From a virus (taxonomy: Duplodnaviria; Heunggongvirae; Uroviricota; Caudoviricetes), in IMG/VR virus record IMGVR_UViG_2698536657_000017, positions 1-35,026 of that record: a stretch of 35,026 bases of DNA. The stretch is one strand, 5' to 3'. The notes under the pieces were generated by a model, which saw only the letters and a list, made by a program, of their open reading frames with translations, was not told where the DNA came from and ran no database searches. Of this stretch, positions 21,069-29,709 are shown in pieces (the stretch's first letter is position 1; every line of letters starts with the position of its first letter). Made by a program: the position numbers and the translations under genes.

Positions 21069-21207
21069 TTGCTAAAAAAAGCCGCCAGCGGCAGGAATGG
21101 AAGCTGGCGGAGGTAATCCCAATGGAGAATGTAAAGAAAAGATGCTTTCGTACATTGGTTTTTTAAATGAAAACAGTTCTCATTGTCAACCATAACGGTA
21201 AGAAATT

Positions 21208-21390
21208 ATGATATTTATTCATCAGGTGATGCTGTACTTCTGTACGGCGGTCTGTGTGCTGTATCTTCTTTCGGGTGGGTACAGGGCAGTGCGCGATTTC
21301 TGGCGCAGGCAGATTGATAAAAGGGCCGCTGAGAAAATCAGCGCCAGTCAGTCAGCCGGAAGCAAACCCGAAGAGCCCGTTACTCCTTAA
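21208..21390 (+). CDS. Hypothetical small membrane protein (60 aa)
   Basis: One hydrophobic helix (VMLYFCTAVCVLYLLSGG) followed by a charged tail. It sits between nanS-p and the lysis genes. Confidence 0.5.
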   Translation: MIFIHQVMLYFCTAVCVLYLLSGGYRAVRDFWRRQIDKRAAEKISASQSAGSKPEEPVTP

Positions 21391-21415
21391 CAACCCCTTT
21401 CAGCGAGAAAATCCC

Positions 21416-21688
21416 ATGTCAGAAATTACATCCCTGGTCACTGCAGAGGCAGTGAAGGAAGTCCTGCGCTCTGAAGAAGTCCGGAGCGCACTGAAACAGA
21501 AACTTCGCCAGAATCTTGAGGCGCGTCTTGATGCAGAAGTTGATGCCATTCTGGATGAGCTGCTTGGTGTACAGGCAGAGCCACCGACTGAAGCGGGAGA
21601 TACCACCGCAGAGAGCGGTGAAGTTCAGCCTGAATCACCGGTCGCCGATGCGACTGAACCTCAACCCGAATCGGTCATGATGCTGTAA
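21416..21688 (+). CDS. Hypothetical acidic protein (90 aa)
   Basis: I chose the start [15 protein letters not shown]. The longer track ORF overlaps the previous gene in another frame. Confidence 0.55.
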   Translation: MSEITSLVTAEAVKEVLRSEEVRSALKQKLRQNLEARLDAEVDAILDELLGVQAEPPTEAGDTTAESGEVQPESPVADATEPQPESVMML

Positions 21689-21764
21689 CGAGGAGTCAGG
21701 GCCATCAGTAAACGGCTGCTGGCCTTTTTCATGTTGTGAGCTTCCGGATTGCGGGAGACGGGGT

Positions 21765-21980
21765 ATGTACCAGATGGAAAAAATCACAACAGGTGTGTCA
21801 TACACCACGTCAGCGGTGGGAACGGGCTACTGGTTCCTGCAGTTGCTGGACAGGGTTTCCCCGTCTCAGTGGGCGGCAATAGGCGTGCTGGGGAGTCTGC
21901 TGTTTGGGCTGCTGACATATCTGACGAACCTGTATTTCAAGATTAAAGAAGACCGGCGTAAGGCGGCGCGGGGAGAGTAA
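21765..21980 (+). CDS. S: Class II holin, S21 (pinholin)-type, with a dual-start motif (71 aa)
   Basis: [71 protein letters not shown] closely parallels phage 21 S as I remember it. Met1/Met4 give a potential antiholin/holin pair. Confidence 0.9.
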   Translation: MYQMEKITTGVSYTTSAVGTGYWFLQLLDRVSPSQWAAIGVLGSLLFGLLTYLTNLYFKIKEDRRKAARGE

Positions 21981-21984
21981 GCTG

Positions 21985-22518
21985 ATGAGCAGGAAATTCC
22001 GCTATGGTTTATCAGCGGTCGTTCTGGCGCTGATTGCTGCAGGTGCTTCTGCGCCTGAAATCCTCGACCAGTTTCTTGACGAAAAAGAAGGTAACCACAC
22101 CACGGCATACCGTGATGGTGCGGGTATCTGGACCATCTGCCGTGGTGCCACCCAGGTGGATGGTAAGCCTGTCGTCCCCGGCATGAAGTTGTCGAAGGAA
22201 AAATGCGACCAGGTTAACGCCATTGAACGTGATAAGGTGCTGGCATGGGTGGCGAAAAACATCAGAGTGCCACTGACCGAACCTCAGAAAGCGGGGATCG
22301 CGTCATTCTGTCCTTACAACATTGGCCCCGGTAAGTGTTTCCCGTCGACGTTTTATAAACGAATTAATGCAGGCGATCGCAGGGGAGCGTGTGAAGCGAT
22401 TCGCTGGTGGATTAAGGACGGTGGCAGAGACTGCCGTATCCGCTCAAATAATTGCTACGGTCAGGTATCCCGTCGCGACCAGGAGAGTGCGCTGGCATGT
22501 TGGGGTATCGACAGGTAG
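21985..22518 (+). CDS. R: SAR endolysin, GH24 lysozyme (177 aa)
   Basis: N-terminal weakly hydrophobic signal-anchor-release segment (YGLSAVVLALIAAGASAP). The catalytic region EGNHTTAYRDGAGIWTICRG is typical of R21/P1 Lyz-type lysozymes. Confidence 0.92.
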   Translation: MSRKFRYGLSAVVLALIAAGASAPEILDQFLDEKEGNHTTAYRDGAGIWTICRGATQVDGKPVVPGMKLSKEKCDQVNAIERDKVLAWVAKNIRVPLTEPQKAGIASFCPYNIGPGKCFPSTFYKRINAGDRRGACEAIRWWIKDGGRDCRIRSNNCYGQVSRRDQESALACWGIDR

Positions 22519-22606
22519 CAGAATATTTTGCTGAAAAATAACGTTGGTCAACGCGGACGGATAACACGAAATCCTGCGAACTGGCAAAACCTAAGTGAAT
22601 AAAAGT

Positions 22607-22646
22607 AAAAACCCCGTTTTTGGCAGCAAGCGGGGTTTTGTGTTTA
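22607..22646 (+). terminator. Intrinsic terminator-like hairpin inside the lysis cassette
   Basis: CCCCG (22612-22616) pairs with CGGGG (22631-22635), with additional inner pairing, followed by TTTTGTGTTT. An A-run upstream makes it potentially bidirectional. Confidence 0.5.
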
Positions 22647-22710
22647 TGGCAGTAAGCTATGGGTGGCTGCCTTGATTGATTTTAGCAAACTGATTAGGGA
22701 GTTGCGACTC

Positions 22711-22806
22711 ATGATTAGTCAATTACCAAACTGGAAGTTTTTGCTGGTCTGGAGCATCCCTTTTTTATGGGGGGTATCCCAGTTAATTGTGGCAATTAAG
22801 GGGTAG
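22711..22806 (+). CDS. Candidate small hydrophobic peptide (31 aa)
   Basis: Hand-translated MISQLPNWKFLLVWSIPFLWGVSQLIVAIKG, with GGGAG upstream. It is below the ORF-track cutoff. Confidence 0.3.
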   Translation: MISQLPNWKFLLVWSIPFLWGVSQLIVAIKG

Positions 22807-22808
22807 CT

Positions 22809-22940
22809 ATGTCAGACAAACTCATAACGCTGGCGAAGATCCTCTGTGTAATCGTCGGCATTTCATTTTCACTAATGCTGGTTGCTATTTTTCTTTTCCT
22901 GCCCTGGATGATGTTGTCTTCGTCGGGGATGCTGGGGTAA
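22809..22940 (+). CDS. Candidate small single-TM peptide (43 aa)
   Basis: Hand-translated MSDKLITLAKILCVIVGISFSLMLVAIFLFLPWMMLSSSGMLG, with AAGGGG upstream. It starts 2 nt after the previous small ORF's stop. Confidence 0.35.
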   Translation: MSDKLITLAKILCVIVGISFSLMLVAIFLFLPWMMLSSSGMLG

Positions 22941-23122
22941 CAGTGACTGATGACATCAGCAGAGCGCTGGCTTTGCTATTAAGTGGGTGGCGGTTGGTAT
23001 CGCTGTGTCTCCGATACTGTATGGGCTGGCAAAACTGGTCATTGCGCTGAAATCGTGAACTTTATTTAAACAGATGAGTAATGAAATTGCTGTACTGGTC
23101 CGGGCAATTCGCTGGTGGTGAT

Positions 23123-23584
23123 ATGAACCGTATTCTGTATGTGGTGATTATTGTACTGCTGGTGGCCTGTGGTGCGCTTAGTCTGGGGCTGAATCATTAC
23201 CGCGATAACGCCATCACCTACAAAGCGCAGCGCGATAAAAAAGCCAGAGAGCTGGAGCTAGCAAACGCAACCATTACTGACATGCAGCAGCGCCAGCGTG
23301 ATGTTGCTGCGCTTGATGCCAGATACTCAAGGGAATTAGCCGATGCGAGAGCTGAAAATGAAACTCTGCGCGCTGATGTTGCCGCTGGTCGTAAGCGCCT
23401 GCGGATCAACGCCACCTGCTCCGGTACCGTGCGTGAAGCCCCCACCACCTCCGGCGTGGATAATGCAACCGCCCCCCGACTGGCAGACACAGTTGAACGG
23501 GATTATTTCACTCTCAGAGAGCGGTTGATGCTGATGCAGAAGCAGCTGGAAGGGGCACAGGACTATATCCGCACTCAGTGCTGA
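23123..23584 (+). CDS. Rz: i-spanin Rz (153 aa)
   Basis: N-terminal TM ([18 protein letters not shown]) followed by a coiled-coil periplasmic domain, with an Rz1 gene embedded in the +1 frame. I chose the start MNRILY. Confidence 0.85.
   Translation: MNRILYVVIIVLLVACGALSLGLNHYRDNAITYKAQRDKKARELELANATITDMQQRQRDVAALDARYSRELADARAENETLRADVAAGRKRLRINATCSGTVREAPTTSGVDNATAPRLADTVERDYFTLRERLMLMQKQLEGAQDYIRTQC
23343..23528 (+). CDS. Rz1: o-spanin Rz1 lipoprotein (61 aa), embedded in Rz
   Basis: Lipobox LVVSAC. The proline-rich mature part [27 protein letters not shown] is nearly identical to lambda Rz1 as I remember it. Confidence 0.88.
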   Translation: MRELKMKLCALMLPLVVSACGSTPPAPVPCVKPPPPPAWIMQPPPDWQTQLNGIISLSESG

Positions 23585-23883
23585 ACTAAGTTTTGCTGAT
23601 GCGCCGTATCGTCGCCGTATTCCCGCATAAACAGAGACCGCAGCCACCTTATCTGCGTGAGTGTGCGGGGGTAATCAAAAACGATGCACACCGGGTTTTC
23701 TCATTTTTCACGAGATGGGAGCGATTTCCCGCGAAGCCGCCTGTCCGGTGCGGTGGTGGAAGAAACCGGATAAAACAACCTCATTGTACAAATATCGATC
23801 AAGTATGGCGCTGCTGTGTGAATTCTGAAAAATCACAGCGGTCATTATGCGTCAGTTTTTAACAGAGGACGTCAGAAAGTGAC

Positions 23884-24690
23884 ATGGCAAAGCTGGACTG
23901 GAAAAAGCTGGAGCAGGCATTCCGACGCGAACATGCCGAAACGGGAATAACATTACTGGACTGGTGCCGGAAGAAAAAGATTAATTACAACACCGCCAGA
24001 ACCCGTATAAAAATGGGCAAAATCGATCATGAAATTGATCATAAAACCGATCATGAAATCGATCATGACATCTCAGATGAAGAACCCAGCAATGACGCGT
24101 GTTCCGACGATGAAAAATGCGCAAAAAACTCTGAAAAAAACTGCGCAAATTCGGCAGAAACGAAACGGATTCGTGGTTCCCGACTTTTACCTCCTTCAAA
24201 CGCTTTTTCTCAGCGAAACACCCACGCCGTAAGACACCGTGGATATGCGAAGTATCTTGAGGCAGATAACCTCATGGATGATGCGTCCGACATGGTGCTG
24301 TTCGATGAACTGGTGTTCACCCGGGCCCGCGCACTTTCAGTAACTAAGGCACTTAAAGGGATGTTCGCCGACCTGGAAGAGGCAACTGACGTGGAAACCC
24401 GCGTTGCTCTTTACGACAAAATACTCAAAGCTGAACAGGCCCTTGACCGGAATATTGCCCGTATCGAGTCAATTGAACGCTCATTGCTGACGCTGGACGT
24501 CCTGGCTGAGACAGCACCAAAACTTCGTGCTGACCGGGAAAGAATCAACGCCGCCAGAGATAAACTCAGAGCGGAAACCGATATTCTGACCAGCCAGCGC
24601 CGGGGTGTTATTACGCCAGTCAGTGACATCGTGTCATCGCTGCATGAAATGAGTAATTCGGGGAGACTGGATGACATTCCGGAAGAATAA
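23884..24690 (+). CDS. terS: Terminase small subunit (268 aa)
   Basis: N-terminal HTH-like segment (GITLLDWCRKKKINYNTARTRIKMG). It lies immediately upstream of, and overlaps, the large terminase gene. The C-terminal half is coiled-coil. Confidence 0.7.
   Translation: MAKLDWKKLEQAFRREHAETGITLLDWCRKKKINYNTARTRIKMGKIDHEIDHKTDHEIDHDISDEEPSNDACSDDEKCAKNSEKNCANSAETKRIRGSRLLPPSNAFSQRNTHAVRHRGYAKYLEADNLMDDASDMVLFDELVFTRARALSVTKALKGMFADLEEATDVETRVALYDKILKAEQALDRNIARIESIERSLLTLDVLAETAPKLRADRERINAARDKLRAETDILTSQRRGVITPVSDIVSSLHEMSNSGRLDDIPEE
24022..24069 (+). repeat. Four tandem 12-bp units, each containing GATC (ATCGATCATGAA-like)
   Basis: Units at 24022, 24034, 24046 and 24058, with GATC at 24025, 24037, 24049 and 24061 (exact 12-bp phasing). 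They are codon-aligned and encode IDHE-IDHK-TDHE-IDHD. Confidence 0.9.
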
Positions 24691-26377
24691 AACGCGATGT
24701 GATGAACCTGCAGAAATGACTGAGACCGAACAACGTCTGTTCATTATGACAAAACTGAGCAATCCCTGGTGGCGCCTCAATCATCTCTACAAAATACAGA
24801 ACGAAAAAGGTGAACTGGTCACCTTCAGAATGCGACCGGCGCAACGTCAGTTGTTTCGTAACATGCATAATAAAAACATTATCCTGAAAGCGCGCCAGCT
24901 GGGATTTTCCACAGCCATTGATATTTATCTTCTCGACCAGGCATTATTCATTCCGCATCTCAAATGCGGGATCGTCGCTCAGGATAAACAGGCTGCCAGT
25001 GAAATTTTCCGCACAAAAATTGCTGTACCGTTTGATCATCTCCCTGACTGGCTGAGAGCCTCATTCACCATCGTTGAACGTCGTAGCGGTGCCTGCGGTG
25101 GCTATATCCTGTTTGGTCACGGCTCGAGTATTCAGGTGGCAACCTCATTTCGCTCAGGTACGGTGCAGCGCCTGCATATCTCAGAGCACGGCAAAATTTG
25201 CGCGAAATATCCGGCTAAGGCGAAAGAGCTGCGAACCGGTACGCTTAATGCCGTCTCTGATGAATGCATTATTTTTGATGAATCCACGGCTGAAGGCGTG
25301 GGTGGTGATTTTTACGAGATGAGTAACCGTGCACAGGAGAGCACTGCATCAGGCTTATTGCTGACGGCACAGGATTATAAATTCCATTTTTACGCATGGT
25401 GGCAGGATCCTAAATACAGCGCCAGAGTGCCTGAAAGCGGGCTGAAGCTGTCACGGGAAAAAATGACGTATTTTTCTGCGGTTGAGAAGGCAATGAACAT
25501 CACGCTTACCGATGAGCAGAAGCAGTGGTACATCAGTAAGGAAACTGAACAGCGTGAGGAAATGAAGCAGGAGTTTCCCTCAACGCCACAGGAGGCGTTT
25601 CTGACGTCCGGACGACGTGTGTTCAGTGCCGAAAGTACATTGCAGGCAGAATCATTCTGTTCGCCACCGATGATTGTTTATGACATTGAACCTGTTACAG
25701 GAGCGAAGACTAAAGCTCAGTCTCTGCGTGAAGGAAATAAAAACGAGTTGCAGCGGACGCTGATGAATTATCTGCTGGTATGGGAACTGCCGGATCCGGA
25801 TGAAGAGTATGTTTGTGGGGCAGATACTGCCGAAGGGCTGGAGCACGGAGACCGCTCATCGCTGGATGTTGTCAAACGCAGTAATGGCGAGCAGGTGGCT
25901 CACTGGTTCGGGCATCTCGATGCTGAACTTTTTGCTCATCTCATTTCGCAGGTCTGTCGTATGTATAACAACGCGTTTGTGGGGCCGGAGCGTAATAATC
26001 ACGGACATGCAGTTATCCTGAAACTCCGGGAACTCTATCCGACACGTTATATCTACAACGAACAGCATCTTGACCAGGCATATGACGACGATACGCCCCG
26101 CCTTGGCTGGCTGACAACCCGTCAGAGCAAACCTGTTCTGACCGAAGGAATGAAAACGCTCCTGAATAATGGAATATCAGGGATCCGCTGGTCAGGCACA
26201 TTATCGGAAATGAACACCTACGTTTATGACGCGAAAGGCTCCATGAATGCACAGGAAGGCTGCTTTGATGATCAGCTCATGAGCTACATGATTGCCCAGG
26301 AGATGCGCGCCAGAATGCCGGTGAGGGTAAAACAGAAAACGGATAAACGCAGAACCACACACTGGATGGCACACTGA
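24671..26377 (+). CDS. terL: Terminase large subunit (568 aa; alternative start at 24716)
   Basis: Size and position fit. ATPase-like N-terminal half (ILKARQLGFST Walker-A-like; IIFDEST Walker-B-like) and a nuclease-like C-terminal half. An in-frame ATG at 24716 avoids the overlap with terS. Confidence 0.88.
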   Translation: MTFRKNKTRCDEPAEMTETEQRLFIMTKLSNPWWRLNHLYKIQNEKGELVTFRMRPAQRQLFRNMHNKNIILKARQLGFSTAIDIYLLDQALFIPHLKCGIVAQDKQAASEIFRTKIAVPFDHLPDWLRASFTIVERRSGACGGYILFGHGSSIQVATSFRSGTVQRLHISEHGKICAKYPAKAKELRTGTLNAVSDECIIFDESTAEGVGGDFYEMSNRAQESTASGLLLTAQDYKFHFYAWWQDPKYSARVPESGLKLSREKMTYFSAVEKAMNITLTDEQKQWYISKETEQREEMKQEFPSTPQEAFLTSGRRVFSAESTLQAESFCSPPMIVYDIEPVTGAKTKAQSLREGNKNELQRTLMNYLLVWELPDPDEEYVCGADTAEGLEHGDRSSLDVVKRSNGEQVAHWFGHLDAELFAHLISQVCRMYNNAFVGPERNNHGHAVILKLRELYPTRYIYNEQHLDQAYDDDTPRLGWLTTRQSKPVLTEGMKTLLNNGISGIRWSGTLSEMNTYVYDAKGSMNAQEGCFDDQLMSYMIAQEMRARMPVRVKQKTDKRRTTHWMAH

Positions 26378-28521
26378 TGAAAAATGAAATTAACACCACA
26401 GCGATGAAAAACGATCATGGATCCACGCCGCGTTTTTCTCAGCGTCAGTTACTGTCTCTCTGTTCTGATATTGACAGTCAGCCTCTCTGGCGTGATGCCG
26501 CAAACAAGGCCTGTGCGTATTATGATGGCGACCAGCTGGCACCGGAAGTTATCCAGGTACTGAAAGATCGCGGTCAGCCCATGACCATCCATAACCTCAT
26601 TGCCCCCACGGTAGATGGTGTACTGGGAATGGAGGCAAAAACAAGAACGGACCTGATAGTGATGTCAGACGATCCGAACGATGAAACAGAGAAACTGGCA
26701 GAGGCCATTAATGCGGAGTTTGCTGATGCGTGCCGTCTTGGCAACATGAATAAGGCCCGCTCCGATGCCTATGCGGAACAAATCAAGGCGGGGCTCAGTT
26801 GGGTGGAGGTCAGGCGCAACAGCGATCCGTTCGGACCTGAATTCAGGGTATCCACAGTCAGCAGAAATGAGGTTTTCTGGGACTGGCTCAGCCGGGAATC
26901 CGACCTGAGTGACTGCCGGTGGCTGATGCGTCGCCGCTGGATGGATACCGATGAGGCAAAAGCCACGTTCCCGGGAATGGCTCAGGTTATCGATTATGCT
27001 ATTGATGACTGGCGTGGTTTTGTCGATACCACGATTACTGAAGGCCAGCCCAGTCCGTTGATGAGTGCATGGGAAGAGTATCAGTCATGGGATCGCAGGG
27101 AGAATGAATGGCTTCAGCGTGAACGCCGTCGTGTGCTGCTTCAGGTGGTTTATTACCGTACATTCGAGCGTCTTCCGGTGATTGAACTCAGTAATGGACG
27201 GGTGGTGGCTTTTGATAAAAATAATCTGATGCAGGCGGTGGCTGTGGCATCCGGGCGGGTTCAGGTGAAAGTCGGGCGGGTAAGTCGTATTCGTGAAGCC
27301 TGGTTTGTGGGCCCACACTTTATTGTGGATCGCCCCTGTAGTGCTCCGCAGGGGATGTTTCCGCTGGTTCCTTTCTGGGGATACCGAAAGGATAAAACCG
27401 GGGAGCCATACGGGTTAATTTCCCGCGCCATTCCGGCACAGGATGAGGTGAATTTTCGTCGTATCAAGCTGACCTGGCTGCTTCAGGCCAAACGCGTGAT
27501 TATGGATGAGGATGCCACCCAGTTGTCAGACAGCGACCTGATGGAGCAGATCGAACGTCCAGATGGCATTATTAAACTGAATCCGGCCCGAAAAAATCAG
27601 AAAAGTGTCGCAGATGTTTTTCGGGTTGAGCAGGATTTTCAGGTTGCCAGCCAGCAGTTTCAGGTCATGCAGGAATCGGAAAAACTTATCCAGGATACCA
27701 TGGGAGTGTATTCCGCATTTCTCGGGCAGGATTCAGGTGCGACGTCAGGCGTGGCTATCAGTAACCTGGTGGAGCAGGGGGCCACAACCCTTGCGGAAAT
27801 CAACGATAACTACCAGTTTGCCTGCCAGCAGGTGGGAAGACTGTTGCTGGCTTATCTTCTCGATGACCTGAAAAAACGCCGTAATCATGCAGTGGTGATT
27901 AATCGCGATGATCGCCAGCGTCGCCAGACCATTGTCCTCAATGCTGAAGGTGATAATGGTGAACTGACCAATGATATTTCAAGGTTAAATACACATATTG
28001 CGCTGGCGCCTGTTCAGCAGACACCGGCGTTTAAGGCACAGCTTGCACAGAGAATGTCAGAGGTTATTCAGGGGCTGCCGCCTCAGGTGCAGGCTGTTGT
28101 GCTCGACCTGTGGGTTAATCTTCTGGATGTGCCGCAGAAACAGGAGTTTGTTGAGCGTATTCGTGCTGCGCTGGGGACGCCAAAATCACCGGATGAAATG
28201 ACGCCGGAAGAACAGGAAGTAGCGGCACAACAACAGGCACTTCAGCAACAACAGGCAGAACTCCAGATGCGCGAGATGGCTGGCAGAGTGGCAAAACTGG
28301 AAGCTGACGCCGCCAGGGCACATGCAGCTGCACAACGGGATAATGCCAGTGCACAGCGGGAAGTCGCCCTGACACAGGGGCAGCGTTATGTGGATGCGCT
28401 TAACCAGGCACATACGGCAGAAATCATTACCGGCGTACAGAATATGGAACAGGAGCAGGACGTTCTTCAGCAACAGATGCTGTATACGTTACAACAGCGG
28501 ATGAATGAAATGTCGCTCTGA
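26377..28521 (+). CDS. Portal protein (714 aa)
   Basis: A large ORF whose start overlaps the terL stop (TGATG). It has a Q/A-rich coiled-coil C-terminus. The order terS-terL-portal is typical, and it resembles the portals of 933W-type phages from memory. Confidence 0.85.
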   Translation: MKNEINTTAMKNDHGSTPRFSQRQLLSLCSDIDSQPLWRDAANKACAYYDGDQLAPEVIQVLKDRGQPMTIHNLIAPTVDGVLGMEAKTRTDLIVMSDDPNDETEKLAEAINAEFADACRLGNMNKARSDAYAEQIKAGLSWVEVRRNSDPFGPEFRVSTVSRNEVFWDWLSRESDLSDCRWLMRRRWMDTDEAKATFPGMAQVIDYAIDDWRGFVDTTITEGQPSPLMSAWEEYQSWDRRENEWLQRERRRVLLQVVYYRTFERLPVIELSNGRVVAFDKNNLMQAVAVASGRVQVKVGRVSRIREAWFVGPHFIVDRPCSAPQGMFPLVPFWGYRKDKTGEPYGLISRAIPAQDEVNFRRIKLTWLLQAKRVIMDEDATQLSDSDLMEQIERPDGIIKLNPARKNQKSVADVFRVEQDFQVASQQFQVMQESEKLIQDTMGVYSAFLGQDSGATSGVAISNLVEQGATTLAEINDNYQFACQQVGRLLLAYLLDDLKKRRNHAVVINRDDRQRRQTIVLNAEGDNGELTNDISRLNTHIALAPVQQTPAFKAQLAQRMSEVIQGLPPQVQAVVLDLWVNLLDVPQKQEFVERIRAALGTPKSPDEMTPEEQEVAAQQQALQQQQAELQMREMAGRVAKLEADAARAHAAAQRDNASAQREVALTQGQRYVDALNQAHTAEIITGVQNMEQEQDVLQQQMLYTLQQRMNEMSL

Positions 28522-28540
28522 AAACTCTGGCTTCAACTGA

Positions 28541-28566
28541 ACCCCGTCATCGTACGGGGTTTTTTG
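28541..28566 (+). terminator. Intrinsic terminator after the portal gene
   Basis: ACCCCGT-catcgt-ACGGGGT followed by T6. Confidence 0.75.
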
Positions 28567-28678
28567 TTTCCGGAGGTAAGCGTTCCGGGAGCGGTGCGCT
28601 TATTCGCGGGGGCAGCGATAAGCCTTATTTACTCAACCATTCGGATCTGTCCGATAAACAGACCATGCGGAGTTATTT

Positions 28679-29686
28679 ATGGATTTTGAATTTACGGGTG
28701 AAGAAACCCCGGAACAACTGGAAAAAATGCTGGAAGGACTTGGGGATGTGGATATTGACAGTCACGCACAGGACGTCGTGACGGAAGATACCACGGAAAA
28801 ACATGCGGATGAGGAAGCACAGACTCAGACGGGCGATAACAATGTGGCACCGACGCCGGATGCCAGTGTGGAGCAGACGCAGGACGTGAAGGAGCCGGAA
28901 GCGAAGGGGGTGCTCACCCGCGACGGTAAACACGTCATTCCCTATGAAGTCCTTGAGGCTGAACGTTCCGGTAAGCAACGGGCCGAACAGGAAGCCGCAC
29001 TTCTTCGTGGGCAGATAGCTGAAGAAAAACGCAGGGTGGAACTGCTGACATCTCAGATCCACCAGGCCGGTATGAAGCCCACACCGTTACCGGAAAACGA
29101 AAAAATTTCTGATGAGCAGATTGCCCGTATCAGGGAGATGTATCCGGAAATTGGTGACGCGGTGGCTTCGCTCATCCGTAAAAATAACTATCTCCAGTCC
29201 CGTGTTCAGCAATCAACACAGCAGGCAGAAGGTAATGGTGGTGAGTATTTATCACCGGTTCTTGATGCGATGAATGCCGTGCCGGTGCTGAAAACGTGGC
29301 AGGAGTCCGATCCGGATCGCTTCTCGGTTGCTGTATCCATCGACGGGAAGCTCCAGAATGACCCCGCATGGAAAGACAAAACGCTCACTGAACGTTTCGC
29401 TGAAGTGGCCCGTCGTACGCAGGTTGCTTTCGGTGAAGTCAGTGAGTCGTCTGCTGACAACCAGGCAGACAAAACGGATATCCGGAAAACGGCGGAAGAA
29501 AAAGTGAAGACCGCTGAACAGGAGCAGGCAGTACCTGCTTCCCCGTCAGATTTAGGCACCACGGCCTCCGTCGGAACCGGTGATAATTTTGAACGGTTAC
29601 TTGGTGCTTCTCATTCAGAGGCTGAGGCGATTATGCGTGGTATGACGAATGCTGAAATAGACGCACTTCTGGAGAAGCTCGGGTAA
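28679..29686 (+). CDS. Scaffolding-like protein (335 aa)
   Basis: Highly acidic, low-complexity and helical (E/Q/A-rich). It sits between the portal and major capsid genes. GGAG RBS. Confidence 0.6.
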   Translation: MDFEFTGEETPEQLEKMLEGLGDVDIDSHAQDVVTEDTTEKHADEEAQTQTGDNNVAPTPDASVEQTQDVKEPEAKGVLTRDGKHVIPYEVLEAERSGKQRAEQEAALLRGQIAEEKRRVELLTSQIHQAGMKPTPLPENEKISDEQIARIREMYPEIGDAVASLIRKNNYLQSRVQQSTQQAEGNGGEYLSPVLDAMNAVPVLKTWQESDPDRFSVAVSIDGKLQNDPAWKDKTLTERFAEVARRTQVAFGEVSESSADNQADKTDIRKTAEEKVKTAEQEQAVPASPSDLGTTASVGTGDNFERLLGASHSEAEAIMRGMTNAEIDALLEKLG

Positions 29687-29709
29687 CTTACTGAAGGAGT
29701 ACTGAAGTA

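Noticed and set aside
21074-21110. Hairpin CCGCCAGC-N13-GCTGGCGG after nanS-p as a terminator
   Set aside because: There is no T-run on the plus strand. The upstream A7 run would make it a minus-strand terminator, but there is no convincing minus-strand gene to terminate (the 61-aa ORF at 21008-21193 looks spurious). I left it unannotated as an RNA hairpin of unknown role.
22787-23050. 87-aa ORF from the track in the R-Rz insert
   Set aside because: It has no RBS and an odd composition. It overlaps two SD-preceded hydrophobic micro-ORFs in other frames, which explain the region better.
23593-23862. 89-aa ORF between Rz and terS
   Set aside because: It has no RBS and is Arg/Cys/Pro-rich with atypical composition. 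It lies in the intergenic segment where a cos/pac-proximal or promoter region is expected. I treat it as non-coding.
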